The position numbers were made by a program, and so were the translations under genes. The notes beneath the pieces were generated by a model, which searched no databases, had not been told where the DNA came from, and worked only from the letters and a program-made list of their open reading frames with translations. A stretch of 64,000 nucleotides of DNA, taken from Bdellovibrionales bacterium (lineage in GTDB: Bacteria > Bdellovibrionota > Bdellovibrionia > Bdellovibrionales > UBA1609). Where the stretch lies: contig JACOND010000009.1 of assembly GCA_014323935.1 (NCBI GenBank), positions 7,469 through 71,468 on the forward strand, given 5' to 3'. Below are positions 50,136 through 60,370 of this stretch, piece after piece (the stretch's first letter is position 1; every line of letters begins with the position of its first letter).

Positions 50136-50636
50136 ATGTTAGAAGTTTTTTTTGAAAATTTTTTTAAAAAAGAAATAGATAGTGAAATTAAAATAATCAA
50201 AAAATGTCCTCTCTTTTCTAAACTCACACGAAAAGAGCTTTCCTTTGTAAAAAGTCTTTTACACAGTAGAATTTATGTAGATGGAGAAACAGTTTTTAAA
50301 TCTTCTGTTGGAACAGGAATGTATATTATACTGAAAGGAGAAGTCAGTATATTAAAAGGGAATCCTAATTCAGAAAATACAACTCTTATATCAACTTTAA
50401 AGACCGGTCAATTTTTTGGGGAACTTGCTTTAGTTGATAAAGAAGCTTATAAAAATATGTTTGCTCAATCTGCAGGAAACTCTAAATTGTTAGCTTTTTT
50501 TCAATCCGATTTCTCCTTGATTTTAGACAATCACCCTAAAATAGGGGTTAAAATTTTAAGTCAAATTTGTGAGATTTTAAGTCATAGGTTAAAAAAAGCA
50601 GAACATCACATTTTACAAATAGATTCCAATAAATGA
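50136..50636 (+). CDS. cyclic nucleotide-binding domain protein
   Basis: PLFSKL, GMYIILKGEV and GQFFGELAL. Confidence 0.88.
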   Translation: MLEVFFENFFKKEIDSEIKIIKKCPLFSKLTRKELSFVKSLLHSRIYVDGETVFKSSVGTGMYIILKGEVSILKGNPNSENTTLISTLKTGQFFGELALVDKEAYKNMFAQSAGNSKLLAFFQSDFSLILDNHPKIGVKILSQICEILSHRLKKAEHHILQIDSNK

Positions 50637-51691
50637 CTTCTTCTATTCAAATACAAAAACGAATCAAACGATTGATTTTTTTTCGTTTAGCTTTTTTTTC
50701 AATTATTTTTACTTCTTTAATAGCAAGTCTTTTTATCATTAAGGGGCTTTTTATTACATTGCTTCTTGCTTTTGTTTTAAGTTTTATTCTCAATCCTCCG
50801 GTTAATTTTTTATCTCGCTGGATACCTAGAAACTATGCAACTCCTCTTGTTTTTATCTCTTTTTTAGGAGGACTCAGCTTTCTGCTTTATAGGTCTTTAC
50901 CTCTTTTATCCGAACAGTTTAATAAACTGCAAACTGAATTTCCTAATTACATAGAACAATTTTCAATATTACTTAACAATTGGCAAAATCATTTAGAAAA
51001 CAATTTCTTTTTTTTAAAGAATCTGAATTTATCTACTAAGCTCATAGAGTTTTTATCTTCCTTTGGAGAGACTTTTCTACAAGAGCTACCTTCGACTCTT
51101 ACACAATCTTTTACTATTCTTTTATTGGCTCCTTTTTTTGCTTTTTATATTACAAAAAGTCGTTTAGGCTTAATTCGTAACTTTTATCCTTTAGTTCCCA
51201 ATCAAGTTTTTGAAATGTTTCTAACATTACACCATAAAATCAACAAACAAATAGGAGTTTTTGTTAGAGGACGAATTTTAGAAGCCTGCATTGTAGGTAC
51301 CATTATAGGAGTCGGTCTTTTGATATTAAATTTTCCTTTTGCTATTTTATTAGGAATTTTTGCAAGTTTTACGAATTTAATTCCTTATCTTGGACCAATT
51401 ATTGGAAGTCTACCTGTTTTATTAGTTGCTTTAGTTAATGACTATGAAATATCTCAAATCCTCATTGTCATGGGGCTTTTCTTTTTTACACAAGTCATTG
51501 ATTCCATGGTTTTAGTTCCGATTCTTTTAGCTCGCATTGTCAACCTTCATCCTTTAACTGTTATAATTATCATTATTGCGGGAGCTCAATTTATGGGAAT
51601 TATTGGAATGATTATAAGTATCCCTTTAGTAAATGCCTTAAAAGTATCTATCACTGCTATTTATCAACATATCTCTGATAATATTTATTAA
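50633..51691 (+). CDS. AI-2E family transporter
   Basis: LNPPV, FVRGRI, NLIPYLGPIIG and LHPL..GIIGMIISIP. Confidence 0.9.
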   Translation: MTSSIQIQKRIKRLIFFRLAFFSIIFTSLIASLFIIKGLFITLLLAFVLSFILNPPVNFLSRWIPRNYATPLVFISFLGGLSFLLYRSLPLLSEQFNKLQTEFPNYIEQFSILLNNWQNHLENNFFFLKNLNLSTKLIEFLSSFGETFLQELPSTLTQSFTILLLAPFFAFYITKSRLGLIRNFYPLVPNQVFEMFLTLHHKINKQIGVFVRGRILEACIVGTIIGVGLLILNFPFAILLGIFASFTNLIPYLGPIIGSLPVLLVALVNDYEISQILIVMGLFFFTQVIDSMVLVPILLARIVNLHPLTVIIIIIAGAQFMGIIGMIISIPLVNALKVSITAIYQHISDNIY

Positions 51692-51711
51692 GAAAAAAAC
51701 TTGAGTAAGAG

Positions 51712-51880
51712 ATAGGGGATAGCTAAAACTAAGACAAAATGAACCCGAAAGACCAGGTGAGCGAAAGCGGTAACAGCTTTAGGTTTCCGACTCAAGAGGA
51801 CGGCTTACACACCGCTGACAGAGACTTCCCTCTTTAATATAATTGTAGGGTTCATTTGCATTCTTAGAGCTACCCCTTAT
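51712..51880 (-). ncRNA. ssrS: probable 6S RNA
   Basis: GC-richer rod structure: GGGGTAGCT pairs with AGCTATCCCC, AATGAACCC with GGGTTCATT and AGCGGT with ACCGCT, around a central unpaired region (AAAGAGGGAAG / CACCTG). Confidence 0.75.
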
Positions 51881-52257
51881 ATACCCCTACTTTTTCAAGT
51901 CTTACCTAAGAGACTTTCTTTTTTCAAGATTTAATTAAAATAAAAAAATTAGCTTTATTTTAAACTACTTTTGACAGAAAATTTATTGCATAGTGTTAAA
52001 AACATGTCAAGAATTTCTCTCAACAAAGTGAATAAAAAAAATTATAAAACAACTTTTAAAGTTGGTGGATGTAGATTCAATTTCTACATTATGTAACAAG
52101 GAGTCAGATATTAAGAAAAAAAACTTGAAATGTTTTGAGAAAATTCACTGGAAAAATAAAGCTACCTACTTTGAAAGATGAAAAATATTAAAAGAAGTAC
52201 AGCTCAGAAAATATATAAAGAAAAAAAAAGAGTTGTCCTTAAGGAAATAAGTTTATC

Positions 52258-52622
52258 TTAATTTAAAATAAGATATTCAAGACCTATTCCCTCTATATCC
52301 TGGGCTGTTTTACCATTTTTGTCTTTTGCCTTTGAATCTGCTCCTAGTTCTAATAAAAAGCTTATAGCTTTGTCACAAGACAAAGCAGTTGCATAATGTA
52401 GAGCTGTTCTTCCATTTATATCTACATGATTTACTTATTTTCATACTGATAGAATTCTCTAAAATAATCCATATTTCTATAATCTATAGGACAATAAAAA
52501 GCTCTTATGTGCAGTTCTGTTGCTCCAAATTTATTTCTAAGAGTAAAATCAGCATTCCCATGAAAGCTTATTAAAAGTAGTAATATAGCACTAATCTTAA
52601 ATATTTTTTGTTTAAAAAACAC
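52258..52622 (-). pseudogene. frameshifted exported ankyrin-repeat protein
   Basis: Signal peptide and NKFGATELH in ORF 52431..52622, then another frame gives VNHVDINGRTALHYATALSCDKAISFLLELGADSKAKDKNGKTAQD. Confidence 0.8.
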
Positions 52623-53098
52623 ATTAAACTCCTTTTTTTATAGTTTAACATACAATATAAAATAGTTTTATTTAAGAAAAAAATTCTTAAAATCTGTGAT
52701 ATTTTAAAAAATTCAATTCTTTAAGGGCTATGAATTCATGGAAAAACTTGATTCAAAAAAAAACCATCAATTTTTATGAAAAATCCCTAGCTGTTACTTA
52801 TCTGAATTACAAATTAAAAAGAATTTCTGAAAACAAAAAAATAGTTTAGCTTTTTATCTTTTGCAAAGACTAAAGGGAAATTCAAGCTTTCAACTTTTAA
52901 AATGTCTAGCTCTGTAAGAGCAAACAAGATTTTCTTTAGAAATCAAGCTAAGTATAAAAAACTAAAAAAATTTATGTTACTGATAAGATTCTATAAGACA
53001 ACTTTTAAAGTCAGTTTTTAGGATTGAGTTTTCTTACTTATGAACATTTCTATTTTTAGTTATTTTTTTTAGAAAAAATAAAGATTTTTATATTAAGT

Positions 53099-54373
53099 TT
53101 AAGGAGATTGTATTTTAACTTCAGCTCCTAGATATCTTAATTTAAAAACTAAATTCTCATAACCTCTTTCAAGATGTTGTAAACCATAAAGTTTTGTAAT
53201 TCCTTTTGAGGTCAAAGCCGCTAAAATTAATCCTGCTCCCGCTCTTAAATCATGAGCGGTTATAGATTTAGCTTTTAAAACGGCAGGTCCTTTGACATAA
53301 ACTTTAGAAGACCCTTGAAATTGAATGCCTGCACCTAAGTTGTTAAGTTGTTCAATATAACGAAAACGTTTTTCAAAAATAGTTTCTTTTAAAGAAGATT
53401 CTCCTTTTAAAGTTAACATTAAAGCCATAAACTGAGCCTGTAAATCTGTAGGAAAAGAAGGATACACCCCTGTTTTAATAGAGATTCCAGGATAGTTTTT
53501 ATTAGATTTTTTTAATAAAATTTGATCTGATTGACTTTCAATTTTAAACCCTAAAGATTTTAGTTTTTTTAATAAAAAAGATAAGTGTTTGGGATTACAT
53601 TTTTTAATACAAATCTGTCCTCTCGTACAAGCACCTGCAAGTAACCAAGTTCCCGCTTCAATTCGATCGGGAATGATAGAGTAGCTTTTTTTCAAAGCTT
53701 TTAATTTCTTCACACCTGTAATTTTAAGAGTTCTTTTTTTTCTCTCTATTTTAGCTCCCATTTTTTTTAAATAAGTGATAAGATCTAAAATCTCGGGTTC
53801 GTAAGCTATGTTTTCTAAATAACTTGTTCCTTTAGCTAAAACACAAGCCATGATTAAATTCTCTGTTGCACCCACACTAGGAAAAGGCAACTTAAAATGA
53901 CAGGCTTTTAAACCCTTAGCAGGAGGAATTGCTAAAATCTTTTTTTTTTGAATAGAAATAGAAACTCCCATTTTCCTAAGACCTTCTAAATGCAAATCAA
54001 TAGGACGAGAACCTATCTGACAGCCTCCTGGTAGGGGAAGCTTCAGTCTATAAGATAAAGCCATTAAAGGTCCTAAACATAAAATACTCGCTCGAAAAGA
54101 AGAGGCCTTCTTAAAAGCAGGATTCTTTTCGAAAGAATAGGAGTTATCAATAAAAAGTTGATTTTGGAGTTGTTTTGTTTTTAATCCTAAATCTTTTAAC
54201 ATTTCTAAGGCATCTTCAACATCCTTAAGCTTTGGAACATTCGTAAAGAAATGATGACCTTTAACTAATAAACTAGAAAAGAGGATAGGTAAAATAGCAT
54301 TTTTAGACCCCGAAACTTCCACGTCACCTGATAAACAAGCCTCTCCTTTAATTTTTAAATACTTTAATTTCAT
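53099..54373 (-). CDS. murA: UDP-N-acetylglucosamine 1-carboxyvinyltransferase
   Basis: SGSKNA, PGGCQIGSRPIDLH, SVGATEN, PDRIEAGT, FPTDLQAQ and DLRAGA. Confidence 0.96.
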   Translation of the reverse strand: MKLKYLKIKGEACLSGDVEVSGSKNAILPILFSSLLVKGHHFFTNVPKLKDVEDALEMLKDLGLKTKQLQNQLFIDNSYSFEKNPAFKKASSFRASILCLGPLMALSYRLKLPLPGGCQIGSRPIDLHLEGLRKMGVSISIQKKKILAIPPAKGLKACHFKLPFPSVGATENLIMACVLAKGTSYLENIAYEPEILDLITYLKKMGAKIERKKRTLKITGVKKLKALKKSYSIIPDRIEAGTWLLAGACTRGQICIKKCNPKHLSFLLKKLKSLGFKIESQSDQILLKKSNKNYPGISIKTGVYPSFPTDLQAQFMALMLTLKGESSLKETIFEKRFRYIEQLNNLGAGIQFQGSSKVYVKGPAVLKAKSITAHDLRAGAGLILAALTSKGITKLYGLQHLERGYENLVFKLRYLGAEVKIQSP

Positions 54374-54483
54374 TTTTTAAAGTATGTCTTTTTAATTTCA
54401 TGAAAAGCAAGTCTTATTTTAAAGTAAAAATTTAAACCTTTTTACAAACAGCTCAAAGCTTAAAGGAAAAAAAAGATTTTTTT

Positions 54484-55893
54484 TTAAGAGGCCAGATTTA
54501 AAGTTTTATTTTTAGAAAATATTTCTAAAATATCTCTTTGAACATCCTGTATTTCTTGTTTAGAAAAAGTCTTTAAACTTATACCGAAGAAAATTTGATC
54601 GAGTTTATTAGAACTATTTTTAACCGGAAGAGCTGTAACATATTGAGGGTATTCAGACCAACCTAAAGACTCAAAAAACTTTTTATTTGCCTTAGAATCT
54701 ATAACAAAACCATTATAAGCTTTTTCTTTTTCATACACTATTTTAAATAAAGAATGCTCTTTTAAATCCATACAAAAATTATCTTTATCACTTAATTTAT
54801 TAAGTGTACCTATAAAAAACTTAAGATAAGCTTTATCTTCTTTCACATCAAAGACCAAAGAACAACAGTAATGTTTTTTTGCATAATTCCATAACTTATT
54901 ATAATCCACTTCATCGATTACTATTTTAGAAAAACTAGTAGTTTCTTTAGATAATTCTTTTTTTTCATCTTCTAACTTTATACCTGAATGACCTTTTTTC
55001 ATAAAAAAGTCTCCCTCTTCATCATTGAGAGAACGATTAGGAAAAGTTTGATTCGATTCTGAGTCTGTTCTTCTTGCATTTGTAATTTCTTCAGGAAATT
55101 TTGTTTGGGAGACAACATGATTCTTCTTATATTCATCTGTTGTTGAAAGCTTAAGAGGCGAGGAAGTTGGCTCTTCTTTTTTCACTGGAATATCTGGATT
55201 AAAAATGTTTTGCTTTACATCTTGTTTATAGTTAGTCGTTGAAAGCTTAAGAGGCGAGGAAGTTGGCTCTTCTTTTTTACTTGGAATATCTGGATTAAAA
55301 GTGTTTTGTTTTACATCTTGTTTATAGTTAGTCGTTGAAAGCTTAAGAGGTGAGGAACTTGGTTCTTCTTTTTTACTTGGAATATCTACGTTTTCTTTAA
55401 CTTGTGAAGATTCCTTTTCTTTCTGATGATTTTCTTCTAAATAAATATTATGACTTGCATGTGTTTTTTCTATGATAGAAGATAAAGTGCTAATAAAATT
55501 CCAAGTGGTTTCTAAACTCTTTTGGCTGACTAAAACCACCCGAACTTCATAATCTAATAGTTTTTTTGGAATTTTATCACTTAATTCAACACAGCCAACA
55601 AAAATAGTTCCTTTCCAAATAGATATGGGTAAAATTTCCTCTGTCCAATCATAAAGGTCTTTAATATCATTCCACTCTTTTTTTTTCATTAAACTGTGTT
55701 CAAAATACATATCATTCACAGAGGGAATTTGATAATAATCTTTAGCCCAATTAAAATATTTCTTTTTATCTAAGATACGTTTTTTCAAACAATAAAAAGT
55801 TAAACTTGATTTAGGTTTTTTATTCCACAATTCAATTTTCTCTTTTGGAATTTTAAATTGACTTAACCAAGGATATTTTTCTACTATATTCAC
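54484..55893 (-). CDS. hypothetical protein with central tandem repeats; possible GSPII_N-like N-terminus and GAF-like C-terminus
   Basis: Long ORF with a GTG start; the domain guesses come from pattern only. Confidence 0.65.
   Translation of the reverse strand: MNIVEKYPWLSQFKIPKEKIELWNKKPKSSLTFYCLKKRILDKKKYFNWAKDYYQIPSVNDMYFEHSLMKKKEWNDIKDLYDWTEEILPISIWKGTIFVGCVELSDKIPKKLLDYEVRVVLVSQKSLETTWNFISTLSSIIEKTHASHNIYLEENHQKEKESSQVKENVDIPSKKEEPSSSPLKLSTTNYKQDVKQNTFNPDIPSKKEEPTSSPLKLSTTNYKQDVKQNIFNPDIPVKKEEPTSSPLKLSTTDEYKKNHVVSQTKFPEEITNARRTDSESNQTFPNRSLNDEEGDFFMKKGHSGIKLEDEKKELSKETTSFSKIVIDEVDYNKLWNYAKKHYCCSLVFDVKEDKAYLKFFIGTLNKLSDKDNFCMDLKEHSLFKIVYEKEKAYNGFVIDSKANKKFFESLGWSEYPQYVTALPVKNSSNKLDQIFFGISLKTFSKQEIQDVQRDILEIFSKNKTLNLAS
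55142..55387 (-). repeat. 96-bp (32-aa) intragenic tandem repeat, about 2.6 copies
   Basis: GTTGAAAGCTTAAGAGG at 55142, 55238 and 55334; unit DIPSKKEEP(S/T)SSPLKLSTTNYKQDVKQN(T/I)FNP. Confidence 0.95.
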
Positions 55894-55919
55894 AAATTAC
55901 TCATCGGATTTTAAAATGA

Positions 55920-57107
55920 ATGACTTTAAATTATTTATCTTTTATGAATCTATCCCTTAAAAGACGAATTTATCTTGATAATAATGCTACAACAAAGCCT
56001 AGATCTTCAGCCCTAGAAGGAGTGAAAAAAGCTCTTAAATCTTGGGGAAACCCGAGTTCCACTCATCAAAACGCCAGTCAATCTAAGGCTCTTTTATGGT
56101 CAGCTCGGGAAAATCTAAGTTCTTTTTTAAATTGTCACCCTTTAGAAATTATTTTTACAAGCGGGGCCAGTGAATCCAACAATCATGCTATCAAAGCTTT
56201 ATTTCAAAATTTAGAAACTCAAAGCCATAGACAGGAACTGATTCTCTCTGCGGTCGAACATCCAAGTGTTTTAACTACCGGAGATTTTTTAAAAAAACAA
56301 GGAAAAACAGTCCATTACATTCCTGTTTCTAGAAAAGGTTTCTTAGATGAAGATTTTTTAGAAAAGCATCTCAGTGATAAAACTCTTTTGGTTTCCATTA
56401 TGAAAGCTAATAATGAAACAGGGATTTTATTTCCTATTGAAAAATGGATTCAAAAAGCACATGAAAAAGGAGCTTTATTTCATAGTGATATGGTTCAAGC
56501 CTTAGGAAAAGAAAAAATAGATTTAAAAAAGCTTGGTATAGATTTAGCTAGTTTTTCAGGTCATAAATTTTACAGTCTCCAAGGATGTGGTCTTTTATAT
56601 TGTAAAAAGGGAATCCATTTAGATCAATTTATACATGGAGGATCTCAGGAAAGAAAACGAAGAGCTGGAACAGAAAACCTTGTGGGAATTACAGCTTTTG
56701 GTGAAGTTGCTAAAGAAGGAGAGTTTATCATAACAGAAAGTAAAAGACTAAGATTTTTACGAAATCATATGGAAAAAACACTACTTTCCTCTTTGGATAA
56801 CATAGAAGTTATTGGACAGGAAGCACCAAGGCTAAGTAACACCTCTTGTTTATTAATCAAAGGCATCCCTGCAGCTGAAAGTTTGATGATGAACTTAGAC
56901 CTCAAAGGAATTTCTATCAGTGTAGGATCAGCATGTCATTCGGGAAAATTAGAATCTAATACTGTTTTAACTTCTATGGGTTTAACAACAAAAGAGTCTT
57001 TGAACTGTATTCGTATCAGTTTAGGTCTAGAAAACACAAAAGAAGAAATAGATTATTTTACTAAAACGATTCTCTCTTCTATTCAATATCTCAGAAATCT
57101 AGATTAA
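55920..57107 (+). CDS. iscS: cysteine desulfurase, IscS/NifS group
   Basis: YLDNNATT, FTSGASESNN, SGHKF, RAGTEN and GSACHS. Confidence 0.9.
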   Translation: MTLNYLSFMNLSLKRRIYLDNNATTKPRSSALEGVKKALKSWGNPSSTHQNASQSKALLWSARENLSSFLNCHPLEIIFTSGASESNNHAIKALFQNLETQSHRQELILSAVEHPSVLTTGDFLKKQGKTVHYIPVSRKGFLDEDFLEKHLSDKTLLVSIMKANNETGILFPIEKWIQKAHEKGALFHSDMVQALGKEKIDLKKLGIDLASFSGHKFYSLQGCGLLYCKKGIHLDQFIHGGSQERKRRAGTENLVGITAFGEVAKEGEFIITESKRLRFLRNHMEKTLLSSLDNIEVIGQEAPRLSNTSCLLIKGIPAAESLMMNLDLKGISISVGSACHSGKLESNTVLTSMGLTTKESLNCIRISLGLENTKEEIDYFTKTILSSIQYLRNLD

Positions 57108-57121
57108 AAACTCAAATCCCT

Positions 57122-58342
57122 TTAAAGGAGTATAGAAAGAGCTGTGTCCAGGGATCTTTTTAACTTGTAAATCTCTTCTTCACGGTTATAAAGGGAAAAA
57201 GAAGCTCGGAGAGTTCCTGAATTTAAACAAAGAGCTTTCATTAAAGGAATACAGCAATGATGTCCTGCTCTTAAAGCCAGTTTTTCTTTTGCAAGAATAA
57301 AAGCTAAATCTGAAGAATGGACTCCCTCAATAACAAAGGATAAAATGTTTGTACGATTCTTTTTACAACCAATAAAACGTAAACCAGGAATTTGAGATAA
57401 TAAGTTTTCCGCTTGGAAAACTAAATTTTGCTCCCACTTTAAAAGCTCTTTAAAATCAAGCTCTTTTCTTAAAAATGACAAAACCTCTCCTAAAGCTATG
57501 ACTCCTTCTATAAAAGGGGTTCCGGCTTCAAATTTATAAGGAATTTTTGCCCATTCGGACTTTGTTTCACTGACATCTGTAATCATACCTCCCCCAACTT
57601 GATAAGGAGGAAGCTTTTCTAAAAGCTTTTTTTTTCCATATAAAACTCCTATCCCTGAAGGAGCAAAAATCTTATGACTAGAAAAAACTAAAAAATCACA
57701 ATTTATTTTTTTCACATTTAAATTCTGACACGAAACAGATTGAGCGGCATCTAAAATAAAATAAGCGGACGTCTTTTTTCTAATTAAAGAAGAGATTTCA
57801 TCTAGAGGATTTAAAACTCCTGTGACATTAGAAACATGAGTTAAGCTAACTATCTTTGTTTTAGGATTTAAAAGCTGTTCAAATAGGTTTAAATCTAAAA
57901 GAGCTGAGGAAGTTACAGGAGCTACTTTTAGTTTAAGCCCTTTTTTTTGAGCTAAAACTTGCCATGGTAAAAAATTAGAATGATGTTCCATTTGTGTCAC
58001 TAAAATTTCATCTCCTTCTTGAAGAAAAGAACCTAAACTGTGAGCTAATAGATTTAAAGATTCTGTGGTGTTTCGAGTAAAAACAATCTCATTAAACTCA
58101 GCATTTAAAAAATGAGCTATTTTTTCTCTCGCTTTTTCATATTTCTCGGTTGCCTTTAAACTGAGATTATGTTCTCCCCTATGTACATTTGATACGTTTG
58201 TTTCATAAAACTGTCTTAAAACTTCTATTCCTACATCTATCTTCAAGGCTGTTGCAGCACTATCTAAATAAAATTCTCCTTTTTCTTCCATAAAAACAAT
58301 TTGAGGAAATCTCTTTCTTAGATCTTGAAATTTATTTTTCAT
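57122..58342 (-). CDS. sufS: cysteine desulfurase, SufS group
   Basis: YLDSAAT, NVHRG, MEHHSN, SSHK, FEAGTP and RAGHHC. Confidence 0.93.
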   Translation of the reverse strand: MKNKFQDLRKRFPQIVFMEEKGEFYLDSAATALKIDVGIEVLRQFYETNVSNVHRGEHNLSLKATEKYEKAREKIAHFLNAEFNEIVFTRNTTESLNLLAHSLGSFLQEGDEILVTQMEHHSNFLPWQVLAQKKGLKLKVAPVTSSALLDLNLFEQLLNPKTKIVSLTHVSNVTGVLNPLDEISSLIRKKTSAYFILDAAQSVSCQNLNVKKINCDFLVFSSHKIFAPSGIGVLYGKKKLLEKLPPYQVGGGMITDVSETKSEWAKIPYKFEAGTPFIEGVIALGEVLSFLRKELDFKELLKWEQNLVFQAENLLSQIPGLRFIGCKKNRTNILSFVIEGVHSSDLAFILAKEKLALRAGHHCCIPLMKALCLNSGTLRASFSLYNREEEIYKLKRSLDTALSILL

Positions 58343-59630
58343 TTTTTTTATCCTGATTTAGAGATTCTTCTAACAAAGCCAACTGTCTTTCAAGATATTT
58401 GTGAATAAGACTTTGCATATCCTTAGAACAGTCTGAAAAAGTTTCTTTTAATAAACTCAGTAAAACTAAATGAAAAGAGAGAAAAGAATCAATTCCTCTA
58501 GATTTTAAATAAAAAAGAAGGGGGTTTCTTTCAAAAAAAGAAGACGTTGTTGAACCATGTTCAGCTTTTACATTCGCAGGACAAACATCTAATTCAGGAA
58601 AAGAGAGAGCGGAAGATTTTGAACTAAAAAGATAATTTTTATTTAATTGCTTTGTCTCTGATTCGTCAGCTGTTTTTTCTATAGAAATCAAACCTTGAAA
58701 AACATATCTTGCCGAATCAAACAAAAAAGATTTAAAAAACTGTTCACTTTGACCTCTTAAGCCCTTATGCTTGACAGTGGTCTTATGATCTGTATGTGAT
58801 TTCCCTGACATTAAGCTTAAGCCCCTTAGCTTAGATTCACTTTTCTCTTCCTGCTCTACATATTTAAACCAACGACTTAAGCCAACATTTAAAGAGAGAT
58901 TTAAAAAAGAAGCTTTCGATTCTTTTTTAAGATAAGAAAACATTTGATGAACAATCGTATCTTGCTCTTTCATATTATCAAAAGCAAAGTATTCTAAAGA
59001 AGTTTTTTCTTTTAAAAAACAATCTGTTTGTATATTTAAAAACAAGGGTTTTTGAGACTTTCTCGTATGAAAAAATTCAAGCACTCGAGCTGATTTTTCA
59101 ATAAAAATAAAGTTTCTTAAATTAAGAGCTTGCTTAGAAGCTAAACTGTCTTGAAGATAATGAATTTCTACAGCTGACCGAATAGCTTTTTTAAAAATAA
59201 GTATAAAGCCTCTAGGATAAAAAATGTGATTTAAACAAGAAAGATGATTTCTCTGTTGATTGAAACTTTTAAAAATTTTATCTGTAAAGCTAGAGGGAAG
59301 TTGTTTTTTCCCTTCTAAAAAATCTGTCCAACTTACAACCTGAAACTTTTCATTTTCATAAGAAACAATATCACCATTTTTAATTTGAATGACAATCGAG
59401 TCTTTTAACTGAGCTTTCAAATTTTCTATTTCTATACATTTTGAGTTGAAATCAAATTCAGAAGATAAAATTTTATGAAAAGGAAAAAATCTCCAATCTT
59501 TTGTTTTATCTTCAATAAGCTGAGAAGAGTTTAAATAAGCTTCTCTCTTTTTATTAAAACTTTTTTCCCATGCCTTATTTTTATAAAAATGAGATTTAAA
59601 GTCCTTGACTTGTTTTGGAAATCCAATCAT
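58332..59630 (-). CDS. sufD: Fe-S assembly protein SufD
   Basis: VFQGLI, PELDV..VKAEHGST and FYLKSRGI; lies between sufC and sufS. Confidence 0.88.
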   Translation of the reverse strand: MIGFPKQVKDFKSHFYKNKAWEKSFNKKREAYLNSSQLIEDKTKDWRFFPFHKILSSEFDFNSKCIEIENLKAQLKDSIVIQIKNGDIVSYENEKFQVVSWTDFLEGKKQLPSSFTDKIFKSFNQQRNHLSCLNHIFYPRGFILIFKKAIRSAVEIHYLQDSLASKQALNLRNFIFIEKSARVLEFFHTRKSQKPLFLNIQTDCFLKEKTSLEYFAFDNMKEQDTIVHQMFSYLKKESKASFLNLSLNVGLSRWFKYVEQEEKSESKLRGLSLMSGKSHTDHKTTVKHKGLRGQSEQFFKSFLFDSARYVFQGLISIEKTADESETKQLNKNYLFSSKSSALSFPELDVCPANVKAEHGSTTSSFFERNPLLFYLKSRGIDSFLSFHLVLLSLLKETFSDCSKDMQSLIHKYLERQLALLEESLNQDKKNEK

Positions 59631-60363
59631 AACCTTCTGCCTCTATTTTTTCTGATAAAGAAAAATTTCCTGTTTTCCTAATTCGACCATCGATAATAAC
59701 ATGAACAAAATCAGGTCGTATGAGTTCCAACAATTTATGATAGTGAGTAATGAGAAGAACACTTCTATCTTTATTAATAAAACGGTTGATACCTTTTGCT
59801 ATTTTTTTTATAGAATCTACATCTAAGCCTGAATCACTCTCATCTAAAATACAGAGTCTAGGAGAAAGAATCATCATCTGTAAAATTTCATTTTGTTTTT
59901 TTTCTCCTCCTGAAAAGCCTGCATTTAAATCCCTTTTTAAAAACTCCTCATCAACCCCTAATTCTTTTGCTTTATTTAGGGCAAAATTGTTAAAATCTTC
60001 CTCTTTCATGACATCGACTCCTTGATGTTTACATATAGAATTAAAAGCCGTTTTCAGAAATTCTAAATTGTTTAAACCAGGAATTTCTATAGGATATTGA
60101 AAAGCCATAAAGACTCCTTCTTGAGCTCTTTGTGAAATATCCATTGAAAGCAAATCCTTTTCTTTAAAATGAACTTCATAAAGAACTTGACCCTCTAAAA
60201 TTTCATATTGACTATCTCCCGCTAAAACTTTAGCTAAAGTACTTTTCCCAGAACCATTAGGTCCCATTAAAACATGGACTTCACCTGATTTGATATTAAG
60301 ATTTAAATGATCTAATATCCTTTCCTTTTCTATTTGAACTTTTAAATTTTGTATTTTTAACAT
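59596..60363 (-). CDS. sufC: Fe-S assembly ATPase SufC
   Basis: MGPNGSGKST, AFQYPIEIPG, GFSGGEKK and LDESDSGLD. Confidence 0.95.
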   Translation of the reverse strand: MLKIQNLKVQIEKERILDHLNLNIKSGEVHVLMGPNGSGKSTLAKVLAGDSQYEILEGQVLYEVHFKEKDLLSMDISQRAQEGVFMAFQYPIEIPGLNNLEFLKTAFNSICKHQGVDVMKEEDFNNFALNKAKELGVDEEFLKRDLNAGFSGGEKKQNEILQMMILSPRLCILDESDSGLDVDSIKKIAKGINRFINKDRSVLLITHYHKLLELIRPDFVHVIIDGRIRKTGNFSLSEKIEAEGYDWISKTSQGL

Positions 60364-60370
60364 TTTTATA

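Noticed and set aside
51960-52250. Short broken ORF after a TTGACA box, possibly an antitoxin remnant
   Set aside because: Too degraded to assign.
55142-55387. Tandem repeat as a CRISPR array
   Set aside because: The units are contiguous, in frame within a CDS and have no unique spacers.
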